A stretch of 20,000 nucleotides of DNA, from the IMG/VR virus record IMGVR_UViG_3300045789_000880, one strand, 5' to 3'. Under the pieces are notes generated by a model. That model saw only the letters and a program-made list of their open reading frames with translations, did not search any database and was not told the DNA's origin. This document shows, piece after piece, positions 7,947 through 15,610 of the stretch (the first letter of the stretch is position 1; the number at the start of each line of letters is the position of its first letter). The position numbers were made by a program, and so were the translations under genes. The DNA comes from an uncultured virus (IMG/VR IMGVR_UViG_3300045789_000880) (lineage: Duplodnaviria; Heunggongvirae; Uroviricota; Caudoviricetes).

Positions 7947-9101
7947 TTAAATGAATGCTTCTTGAGAGTAACTAAGCTTCTTTTGAGTCCAGCTATCTTT
8001 AATCCAAACCGATTTGATTGCATTCTTCCCAATTCGGTTAATTAGTGTTTTATCCTTAATTTGGAGGTTAATTATATCCAACCACTCAGGAACCTCACTC
8101 GCCACAAATCCATTCTCACCATCACTAATTAGTTTTGAAGTAGGATGGTAAATAGAAGCTACTATTGGAATACCGAAAACGGAAAGCTCCAATAATAATT
8201 GGTTGTTTTGGTTTCTGGTAAACAGCCCTTCCTTGGCAGGTAGTAAAACGACATCCAGTTGCAGACTATTCAGTTTTTCAAAATAGTCCAAGAAGGAAAC
8301 AGAATCGTGTATTTCACAATCTATTTCTTTGAGGATTAAATCTCCTTCCAGAGAAGAATGGGGCTTGCTGAGACATACAAATTGAATTTTCTCTCCAAAA
8401 GTTTTTCTCATTTTAAAAAGGACTTCCTTAAGAGATAGCAAATCTTCTTCATTTGGTTTTATTAAGCCTACTCGTAATTTCTCTGAAGTGTTTCTTGTAA
8501 GTGGTGGCATTTCTTCATAGCCATATCTCGAGACTAAACTTGGAAGGTATTGTACAAACGTATGTGCATTTTCCAAACGGTTATCAATGAATCGCTGCAA
8601 GAACTTTTGAAAAGCTTCATTTGCAACAGTCACGATATCCATTAGACCCAAATTTTTTTTTAGGCACTTTAGTTTGTCATTAGTTAGCTTTCGCGAAAGC
8701 GGAATAGAAACAGGTACCGCAAAATAATTCCTATCTAAATCCATTACCAATTGAACCGAAGGATTAAGCGTTTTGATGGCCTGCATCAAATAGCTAACAT
8801 CACTAAACAGCGCAGGAAAAATGATGTAATCTGCCCAGGTAATTAAACGCTCATCCAGCTGATTTACAAAATCAGAAAGTTTCCTCGAGAAGTCATTAGT
8901 CTCGATACTAGTAATAATAGCCTTGTGCGTATCTGTTTTATTGATTTCTAATGCAGGTGTTATCATTCTGTAATAACCTGTCGCATTGAGTTTAGGACTC
9001 ACATAAAGCAGATGAATTTTATCATCTGCCTCTATGTTATATCGCTGGTCAAAACTGTTTTTAGGATTGAGTCTGGCTTGTAATTCTTTGATTGTCCTCA
9101 T
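7947..9101 (-). CDS. GT-B-fold glycosyltransferase-like protein (phage-associated GT4-like), probably degenerate, 384 aa
   Basis: NATGYYRMITP, VMDLDRNYF, DIVTVAN, LDVVLLP...LLELSVFGIPIVAS and DGENGFV match the GT-B/GT4 layout. Confidence 0.7.
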   Translation of the reverse strand: MRTIKELQARLNPKNSFDQRYNIEADDKIHLLYVSPKLNATGYYRMITPALEINKTDTHKAIITSIETNDFSRKLSDFVNQLDERLITWADYIIFPALFSDVSYLMQAIKTLNPSVQLVMDLDRNYFAVPVSIPLSRKLTNDKLKCLKKNLGLMDIVTVANEAFQKFLQRFIDNRLENAHTFVQYLPSLVSRYGYEEMPPLTRNTSEKLRVGLIKPNEEDLLSLKEVLFKMRKTFGEKIQFVCLSKPHSSLEGDLILKEIDCEIHDSVSFLDYFEKLNSLQLDVVLLPAKEGLFTRNQNNQLLLELSVFGIPIVASIYHPTSKLISDGENGFVASEVPEWLDIINLQIKDKTLINRIGKNAIKSVWIKDSWTQKKLSYSQEAFI

Positions 9102-9373
9102 TATGTAGTTTCAAGTGATTTCTCAATGCCTTCATAAAATTTTGCGATCCGCTGTCCGGTTGCTTTGTCATAAATCTCAATGGTACCAGCTAGCGGACCA
9201 TATTGTTTTATCTTTTTTCTGAAACGTTCCATTCCAGTTTCTATGCTGCGTGTTCTTGACAATTTATGCTTCCAATCTATTGAATACATTGTTCTTACGT
9301 TACCGTCTTTAAACCAGACTATCATTTTTGTAAATGAATCTTGTCCTAGTTTCCATCCTTTGCTTTGTGCCAT
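9101..9373 (-). CDS. Hypothetical basic protein, 90 aa
   Basis: TAATG stop/start coupling at both ends (9373 and 9101). Confidence 0.75.
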   Translation of the reverse strand: MAQSKGWKLGQDSFTKMIVWFKDGNVRTMYSIDWKHKLSRTRSIETGMERFRKKIKQYGPLAGTIEIYDKATGQRIAKFYEGIEKSLETT

Positions 9374-9858
9374 TATTTGAAATATTTAATTAGTGAATTA
9401 AGTGGGATTTGTTTTATAAACTCTTCATTTTGAAAAGCTCTAACCTGGACTTTATCGTCCTTGAGATGAATCCAAATACGGACGCTTTCTTCATCAATAC
9501 GATTGGCTTCTGCAAACTCTTTGAGGTATTGTTTGATGCTGAAGGCAACTTTATTTTGTACGTTATCCAATTGTGCCAATTGCTCTTCCATAAAGAAATA
9601 AGTGAGTTCTTGAGTAGGTATGGCGCTCACAGGTTTACTCTGATTGTATAGAAATGAGCGTATGATGTGATCTTTTTGAAAAATCCTTATGTAGAGTCGA
9701 TCCTTTGGGATTTGAAGTCTGTTGGAAATGTAGTTGGTGCGGTTAGTGATATTCTTGGTTACCATCTTTTCGTAACCAAAAATATCAACCGTCAAATCGG
9801 TTAATGCACCTTTGAGTTTTTTACTCAAAGACGCATCATTTTTTTTAAATGGGTTCAT
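9373..9858 (-). CDS. Hypothetical protein, 161 aa, with two internal homologous halves
   Basis: Operonic (3 bp after the 413-aa gene, coupled to the 90-aa gene); IPKDRLYIRI..IPTQELTYFF versus IDEESVRIWI..IPLNSLIKYF. Confidence 0.75.
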   Translation of the reverse strand: MNPFKKNDASLSKKLKGALTDLTVDIFGYEKMVTKNITNRTNYISNRLQIPKDRLYIRIFQKDHIIRSFLYNQSKPVSAIPTQELTYFFMEEQLAQLDNVQNKVAFSIKQYLKEFAEANRIDEESVRIWIHLKDDKVQVRAFQNEEFIKQIPLNSLIKYFK

Positions 9859-9861
9859 TTT

Positions 9862-11103
9862 TTAAGTATTAAGTTGTAAATATTTGTGTGTAGAATGATT
9901 CAAAACAGAAGCGTGAAAGGTGTTCAACAATTCTGGCTGACCTAATTTGCTGATTCTGGTTTCGCAAGATCTAAATAGCTCAAGACGAGGTTTTTGTTTT
10001 GCAGTTTCTTTTTTCTCATTGTTGAGAAAGCGACGAATTTGTGCTTGTAAAATCAGTTTTAACCGAACCTCGTATTCTCTTTTCTTCTGCTTTTGGTACC
10101 AGATTCTGGTTCCAGTAAAACCTGATGGATTTTTTGGGTCAAAGTATTTATCTGGCAGCTGGACATATCGTTTTGTTGGGTCTTTGGCAATGTATTTTTG
10201 TACAATTCCTAAGCGACTTACGTAAACTTCGTGAACGTTTTGCAGTTGTTTGTCAGAGACAGGCTCGTACCAGAGTTGAAGCAGTTTTAGCGCCATTTCC
10301 TCTTGACTTTGAGTAAGATAATGGTCTTTGTAGATGGTATTTCGCGCCAGTTTCCAAAAGGACTTGACGTAAAATGATAGGGAAGCGGAACGAGCCTGAT
10401 CGACGCCTGAAATTTCGGCGCCAGTTTGATCTGTGGCTCGTGATTTCCGCTCTATTTCCCCTGCATCATTGTTTTTTTTGGGGTCTATTTTTCCTGTGTA
10501 TCCTGTAAAAGTGTTACTAGTTGCGTTGCGTGACTCATAACCGTTTGTGAGTGGTAACGAACTCGCTTTAGTCTTCAACTTATCAACGCCTATTATTATA
10601 TTATTTATGTAACCATTGTTACTAGTATCTGTATGAGGACAAGTTGTCGTTTTAGAATTTTTAAAAAACTGATTATCAGTAGATTTTGATTTTTCAGTTT
10701 GAAGCTCACTTTTAGGCTTATTAACGGCTTTTACACCACCTATTAACAAGATGTTTGGGTTGATAAAAAGCTCGTATCCAGAGTTGGAACCGTGCCATAT
10801 TTTTTTAGTGATGATATTGGCTTCTATAAGGCGTTTGAGGTGGCGCTGGATGGTTCTTGTGCTTGCTTTGGCACGTTTTGCCAATTGCACGTTATTCGTC
10901 TTTAATGGAGGTAAGTTCTGTAAATCTATCGCAGCTATACTGTTTGCCTTCAGTAAGGATATAGAATAAATCTTAATGATCTCTTGAGTGGTTAAGATCA
11001 TTGCCTGTCTTATATGCGAAGAAAGGTCTTTAGTGCTTGCATTATGCTGGTTAACGTAACCTTCTAAAGCATTAAATGCGGTTGAGTATTGTATGATGGC
11101 CAT
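9862..11103 (-). CDS. Winged-HTH protein, probable phage-type replication initiator, 413 aa
   Basis: N-terminal TNNVQLAKRAKASTRTIQRHLKRLIEANII winged HTH, low-complexity central linker, C-terminal LPDKYFDP domain; position immediately after the Cro-like gene. Confidence 0.6.
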   Translation of the reverse strand: MAIIQYSTAFNALEGYVNQHNASTKDLSSHIRQAMILTTQEIIKIYSISLLKANSIAAIDLQNLPPLKTNNVQLAKRAKASTRTIQRHLKRLIEANIITKKIWHGSNSGYELFINPNILLIGGVKAVNKPKSELQTEKSKSTDNQFFKNSKTTTCPHTDTSNNGYINNIIIGVDKLKTKASSLPLTNGYESRNATSNTFTGYTGKIDPKKNNDAGEIERKSRATDQTGAEISGVDQARSASLSFYVKSFWKLARNTIYKDHYLTQSQEEMALKLLQLWYEPVSDKQLQNVHEVYVSRLGIVQKYIAKDPTKRYVQLPDKYFDPKNPSGFTGTRIWYQKQKKREYEVRLKLILQAQIRRFLNNEKKETAKQKPRLELFRSCETRISKLGQPELLNTFHASVLNHSTHKYLQLNT

Positions 11104-11186
11104 TGTTGAGACAATAGCCAGTAATCAGCTTTTTTGCTGTCTGTACTGGTAATTTGAGTGAAGTGCCCGTTTGAGCATCTTAATTT

Positions 11187-11435
11187 TTAAGCCTCGTTGA
11201 ATAGTATCTCTGTTCGTTTCTTAATAGAAGATCGCTTTTCTTCTTTTTCTTCAATAAGATCAAGACACAATTCATAAATAATTTCTACACTACTGGGTCT
11301 GATAGATTGTAGTCTAAAAAACTTGGTAATCGTGGGACGTGATAATTGTGTTTTGCTCTTTATGACGTTCACGGGACTATCATAGAGCTTCTCCATCCTG
11401 AGAACCACCTTTTTAATATCTTCTGTTAGGTACAT
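11187..11435 (-). CDS. Small HTH protein, Cro-like, 82 aa
   Basis: VIKSKTQLSRPTITKFF HTH-like segment; divergent from the 231-aa regulator and first gene of the replication operon. Confidence 0.6.
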   Translation of the reverse strand: MYLTEDIKKVVLRMEKLYDSPVNVIKSKTQLSRPTITKFFRLQSIRPSSVEIIYELCLDLIEEKEEKRSSIKKRTEILFNEA

Positions 11436-11516
11436 TAATTAAATGTTTAGTAAATTAATTGACAACATATCGTAAATAAAATACAAATAAAACATCATTT
11501 ATACTTTATTTGATGC

Positions 11517-11524
11517 CAAATATA
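11517..11524 (-). promoter_or_regulatory. Bacteroidota -7 promoter element (TAnnTTTG) for the leftward operon
   Basis: CAAATATA on + is TATATTTG on -, about 80 bp upstream of the 82-aa ATG within the AT-rich divergent gap. No convincing -33 box. Confidence 0.5.
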
Positions 11525-11618
11525 CTTAATATTGCATTTCAATTAACATAATAATCTTAAATAATGTTGTTTTAAAAACAAAAAAGTAAATAACGTATTG
11601 ATAAATAGATAGATATAG

Positions 11619-12314
11619 ATGAAAGAAAATCCCCAATATGATGAGATAGATCTCAAATTTGTAAATGCAGTAGATGAAGTGATTGCTGTAAATTCGGAAT
11701 TAGGTATTAAACCTAATAATGACAGCTCAATCGGTAAAGAGGTATATCCCACTAATAGAAGTATAGTTTCTGCGGTAAGAAGTAGATCGAAGCATATTCC
11801 GCATTTAGCGCTCATCAATTTTGCTAAACGTTTTAATGTAGATATGAATTATTTCTACAATGAAACCCCATTGCAATATCAGCCACCAACCATCACAAAT
11901 ATTACTGTAAAGAAAAACGGAATAAGTAGTACAGGAAATAATGCTACTAACATTCACGCAGGTAATGGAAAGATAAAAGGGATTAATAATGCGGAAGCTG
12001 GCTCAAAAAACACCTTAGTAGAAGTTGTCGAAGTCAATACAATGATTAACAATTTCATTTCTCAAATAGACGGTGAACGAGTAAAACAGTTCCTGACTAT
12101 TATCTCAAAAATACAAGTGGAGAGCAAATCTTCATCAAAAAAATTGGAACGTATTTTAATAGAGAAATCAGAAGAAATAAAAGAAATGCGTATTTCATTT
12201 AAAGAAGAAATGGGAGAGCTAAGAGAAGAGCTTAAAGAAACGCGTGAGAAACTTGATATTTCTCTTAAAAGAGAAGTGGATTTATTGAGAGAATTGCTAA
12301 ACGAAAAGAAATGA
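11619..12314 (+). CDS. CI-like repressor: divergent XRE-like N-domain, Asn/Gly linker and C-terminal coiled coil, 231 aa
   Basis: RSIVSAVRSRSKHIPHLALINFAKRFNVDMNYFY resembles an XRE HTH C-end; E/K/L-rich coiled-coil tail; no S24 peptidase motif seen. Confidence 0.55.
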   Translation: MKENPQYDEIDLKFVNAVDEVIAVNSELGIKPNNDSSIGKEVYPTNRSIVSAVRSRSKHIPHLALINFAKRFNVDMNYFYNETPLQYQPPTITNITVKKNGISSTGNNATNIHAGNGKIKGINNAEAGSKNTLVEVVEVNTMINNFISQIDGERVKQFLTIISKIQVESKSSSKKLERILIEKSEEIKEMRISFKEEMGELREELKETREKLDISLKREVDLLRELLNEKK

Positions 12315-12592
12315 GCTTGACGATAATAGAGCAAAAGGACTCAAAGTCATTAGATGATTTTAGCTCCGAAGAACTTCAGTTAATTGAAATGACAAGAAAT
12401 CAAAAGTTTCAATCACTGAGAATCGTAAAACGTGACGGTCGAATAGATATGATTGAAGGAGTTGAACGTATTGAGGACAGAACTAAAATAGTGGACATCC
12501 TTAAACAACACGATTATCAGAATATTGAGATTAAACAAAGCGATGGCAGAATCGTCTTGATTAACAGAACAGTAAAAACAAAGGTTAAGTAA
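12311..12592 (+). CDS. Small protein, 93 aa, with two tandem YezD/DUF2292-like repeats
   Basis: ATGA-coupled to the repressor; LIEMTRNQKFQSLRIVKRDGRIDMIEGVERI versus IVDILKQHDYQNIEIKQSDGRIVLINRTVKT. Confidence 0.6.
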   Translation: MSLTIIEQKDSKSLDDFSSEELQLIEMTRNQKFQSLRIVKRDGRIDMIEGVERIEDRTKIVDILKQHDYQNIEIKQSDGRIVLINRTVKTKVK

Positions 12593-12609
12593 ACCAATTA
12601 AAGCAACTG

Positions 12610-12641
12610 AGTATGGTCATCGGAATTACCGAAGCTATGCT
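12610..12641 (+). other. Candidate structured RNA hairpin with an internal loop
   Basis: AGUAUGG/CUAUGCU (2 G-U pairs), internal loop UCA/AG, UCGG-AAUUA-CCGA; no U-tract. Confidence 0.45.
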
Positions 12642-12716
12642 ACGAGATCATAAGGATCACTATTTCAGATTCAATTGTAACCAATAAGTAATGGAGCGAT
12701 TGATAAGAAAATTAAG

Positions 12717-12890
12717 ATGTCTAACTCAATTGCAGTAGAAGAAAAACCTACTTTTAAGAAATATGATGCTGAATGGCTTCAAAAGTTTGATGGCTTCGAA
12801 GATTATTCAGATAAGAAAGTAGAAGAGACAATAAACCAGTTAGAAGAATTTGCAAAAGTACTTTGTGAGCATCTTCAAAATAGTAGTTAA
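12717..12890 (+). CDS. Small acidic protein, 57 aa (MSNSIAVEEKPTFKKYDAEWLQKFDGFEDYSDKKVEETINQLEEFAKVLCEHLQNSS); missing from the ORF track
   Basis: ATG 12717 to TAA 12890, ending 4 bp before the recombinase ATG; amphipathic helical pattern. Confidence 0.7.
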   Translation: MSNSIAVEEKPTFKKYDAEWLQKFDGFEDYSDKKVEETINQLEEFAKVLCEHLQNSS

Positions 12891-12894
12891 GCAT

Positions 12895-14511
12895 ATGAAA
12901 GACCAAACAATATTTGATCAGTTTGCCAAAAAAGGTAAAGGACAAAAATTACGAACAGATGGTAAAGCTGTTATATACACAAGAGTATCCACCAAAGAAC
13001 AGGCAGAGAACAACGCCAGTTTAGAAACTCAATTAAAGTACTGTAAGGAGCTTGCAAATAAAAGAGGACTTGAGGTAAGTGAGTATTTTGGAGGAACCTA
13101 TGAGTCAGCTAAAAGTGATGAGCGTAAGGAATTTCAAAAGATGCTTAATTATGTAAAGCGAAGAAGTAACGTAGGCTATATAATTGTCTATTCTTACGAT
13201 AGGTTTTCAAGGACTGGAGCTAATGGCGCTTACATAAGTGATCAGTTAAAAAGACAAGGTATTGTCACAATATCAGCTACCCAAGAGGTTGATACTTCTA
13301 CAAGTGCAGGATCATTCCAACAGAACCTTTACTATATGTTTTCTCAGTTTGATAATGAATTGAGAAGAGATAAATCAGTGTCTGGAATGCAAGAGAAACT
13401 TCGCAAAGGACATTGGACAGGCGCATATCCGTTTGGCTACACAAATGCCAATCCAGGAAAAGGAAAAACTCCCAAATTTGTTATTACAAAAGAAGGAAGG
13501 CTATTGAAGCAGGCTTTCTTATGGAAAGCAAACAGCAATATGTCTCACGTTGAAATCGCAAATAAATTACAGGAGAAAGGGCTTAAAATAAATGATAAGA
13601 GATTGAGCGTTTTATTTAGAAATCCATTCTATTGTGGACTTATAGTTAATAGCCTCATACCAGGAGAAGTTATTGAAGGCAATCATCAGCCTATGATTAC
13701 TAAAGAGTTATTTCTTAAAATTCATAACCTATTGAATACAGGAACTGAGACCAGAAAATACTGCGTAGATGATGAAAACCTGCCTCTAAAAACTTTCCTA
13801 AAGTCCACAACTTGTGGAACTCCATACACTGGTTTTATTGTGAAGAAAAAAGGGCTTTACTATTATAAGAACCGTCGTAAAGGAAGCAAGGAGAATAGAA
13901 GTGCTAAGAAACTACATCAAGAGTTTTTAGAGCTTTTAGAGACCTACAAGCTAAAGGATAAGAAGTTTGTAGCACCATTAAAGGAAATGCTTTACGACAC
14001 TTTTGTAGGTATGAATGAAGAAGCCATTAAAGAGACCAAAGAACTATCAAGTGGTATAGTCGCTATTGAAATGAAGTTAGATCGTTTAGAAGAGCGCTAT
14101 GTCTTTGAAGAAATAAATAAGTCTCAATATGATAGATTTAGGACTAAGTTGGTAGCAGAAGTTAATCAAAAAAAGAAAAATTTATCAAAACATAGCTTCG
14201 ATAGTTCAAACCTTAAGAAGTCGATAAATATTGCATTGAAGTATGCACTTAATCTACCGCTATTATGGAGTTCAGGAGATATTGAGGTTAAAAGAAAACT
14301 TCAATATATGGTCTTTCCAGACGGTTTAGGGTATGACTTCCAAAACAAGAGAATTCAAACTTTTAGAGTGAACTCTATTTTTGCTCAAATCGCCTGTTTA
14401 TCAGATAAGTTAGGAGAAAATAAAAAAGAGAACTTTCAAAATAAAATTGAAAATTCCCTTTCAGTGACCTCGACAAGATTCAAATACATATCCAGTCTGT
14501 ACTGTTTATAG
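12895..14511 (+). CDS. Large serine recombinase (integrase), about 538 aa
   Basis: Catalytic YTRVST, VYSYDRFSR, recombinase domain PFGY / NPFYCG / GNHQPMI, degenerate zinc ribbon and coiled coil. The in-frame ATG at 12895 is preferred over the track's TTG at 12850. Confidence 0.93.
   Translation: MKDQTIFDQFAKKGKGQKLRTDGKAVIYTRVSTKEQAENNASLETQLKYCKELANKRGLEVSEYFGGTYESAKSDERKEFQKMLNYVKRRSNVGYIIVYSYDRFSRTGANGAYISDQLKRQGIVTISATQEVDTSTSAGSFQQNLYYMFSQFDNELRRDKSVSGMQEKLRKGHWTGAYPFGYTNANPGKGKTPKFVITKEGRLLKQAFLWKANSNMSHVEIANKLQEKGLKINDKRLSVLFRNPFYCGLIVNSLIPGEVIEGNHQPMITKELFLKIHNLLNTGTETRKYCVDDENLPLKTFLKSTTCGTPYTGFIVKKKGLYYYKNRRKGSKENRSAKKLHQEFLELLETYKLKDKKFVAPLKEMLYDTFVGMNEEAIKETKELSSGIVAIEMKLDRLEERYVFEEINKSQYDRFRTKLVAEVNQKKKNLSKHSFDSSNLKKSINIALKYALNLPLLWSSGDIEVKRKLQYMVFPDGLGYDFQNKRIQTFRVNSIFAQIACLSDKLGENKKENFQNKIENSLSVTSTRFKYISSLYCL
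14464..14484 (-). other. Putative att site: fragment resembling a tRNA 3' end (T-arm plus acceptor stem), probably tRNA-Arg
   Basis: The minus strand reads TTTGAATCTTGTCGAGGTCAC (T-loop-like TTTGAAT followed by a 3' stem) and lies at the recombinase 3' end. The rest of the tRNA is absent. Confidence 0.65.
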
Positions 14512-14537
14512 GTCTTTACAAGCCATGTAAAATACTG

Positions 14538-14569
14538 TTGACCGATTTGTTGAAATATCGGTTGATTTT
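14538..14569 (+). terminator. Possible intrinsic terminator after the recombinase
   Basis: TTGACCGAT...ATCGGTTGA stem (with G-U pairs) followed by TTTT. Confidence 0.4.
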
Positions 14570-14662
14570 GATTGGTTTACTTTGCCTTTCAATCTCAATA
14601 TAAATATACTAATTTCCAAGATTCAAACCTATATATATCATATCAAATGCTATGAAAACTAA

Positions 14663-15610
14663 TTAAAACTTAAGATCTAGTTGTTGCGCTCTTTCAATAA
14701 TTAGTCTTTTAAATTCTACTTTCTTTTTAGGATTTAAGAAGCTATTATTAATAAGTTGCTGCCATTCCGCCATTCCTGTCTCTATACGTTTCCAGATATT
14801 TTGTATGGCCTTTTTAGGAATACCACTTCCTTCTATGGCGTTGTCAAAATCTGCACGCTTTAAACGGTTCTTTTTTCCATTGAGATTGAGTGCTAGTTCT
14901 TCGGGATCATCAACTAATAGCTGTGCAGCAACCATATCATATGCTGGTGCTAAGTTATAGTTCCCTGGCACCTCAGCAATTAATGAAAAGTTTTTTAAGT
15001 GCATATCATTGTTGCCAATAAGAAACGAAATAATAACTTGTTCATAGAAACGGATGATATCAATCAAGGGATTGTAGCCGTAGGCTTTTATTCCTTTTGC
15101 AATCTGCTCATAGGACCCTCTGTATTTGTGCTCTGTTAAACGCTCTGTAAATTGACAAGCATCTTCCATGGCCAATTTGTTTCCCTCAGATGTGCGATCT
15201 ATTCGTCTTGTGAGATAAGCGAGTTCACCATCCTTCATGGGTATTAATAAAAACGGTACCGTGTCTACACCGCACGCTTTTGCAAGATGCATTGATAAGG
15301 CCTCTATTTGTGGCATTTCAGGATATAGCGCAAAAGGTGGCTTTAAGATAAATCGCCCATTTAAAGCACCAACAATGGTCAGGCGTTTGTCATTCTCCTC
15401 TTCATCATGAAACCCTAAGGACAATTTTGGCTGCACTCCAGTAACGATTAGTCGCTGTGCTACGTTCTCTTTGGCCAATTGGTCAATGTCAGACATAGCA
15501 TTCTCCAATTGTGTTACTGGTTCGTTCTCTTGCCAAAACGCTTTTAGGCAAGCCTCATGATATTGACGCTTATCGTCTTCAATAGTTTTATGACAGGCTA
15601 AACAAATCAT
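14663..15610 (-). CDS. hipT: HipA-family Ser/Thr kinase toxin lacking the N-subdomain (HipT-like), 315 aa
   Basis: Gly-rich loop VTGVQPKLS, ILKP, RRIDR, MEDACQ, catalytic GNNDMHLKNFS and LAPAYD. Confidence 0.88.
   Translation of the reverse strand: MICLACHKTIEDDKRQYHEACLKAFWQENEPVTQLENAMSDIDQLAKENVAQRLIVTGVQPKLSLGFHDEEENDKRLTIVGALNGRFILKPPFALYPEMPQIEALSMHLAKACGVDTVPFLLIPMKDGELAYLTRRIDRTSEGNKLAMEDACQFTERLTEHKYRGSYEQIAKGIKAYGYNPLIDIIRFYEQVIISFLIGNNDMHLKNFSLIAEVPGNYNLAPAYDMVAAQLLVDDPEELALNLNGKKNRLKRADFDNAIEGSGIPKKAIQNIWKRIETGMAEWQQLINNSFLNPKKKVEFKRLIIERAQQLDLKF

Larger units (their letters stand above)
1..14484. mobile_element. Right end of a large integrative element (prophage-like or ICE-like); left end outside the window
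   Basis: Terminal large serine recombinase with an att-like tRNA fragment at its 3' end, divergent HTH regulator pair, replication-initiator-like gene, and MTase plus strawberry-notch helicase cargo. No capsid or conjugation genes lie in the window, so the class is undetermined. Confidence 0.8.

Noticed and set aside
10512..10626. Iterons inside the rep-like gene (TGTTACTAGT at 10512 and 10617)
   Set aside because: Only two 10-bp copies, both encoding TSN in the same frame; insufficient for an origin call.
12850..12894. Track start of the recombinase (TTG 12850)
   Set aside because: It overlaps the 57-aa ORF; the ATG at 12895 follows that ORF's stop by 4 bp and is more plausible.
14464..14484. 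Intact tRNA gene
   Set aside because: Only about 21 nt of 3'-end-like sequence; no D-arm or anticodon arm adjacent.
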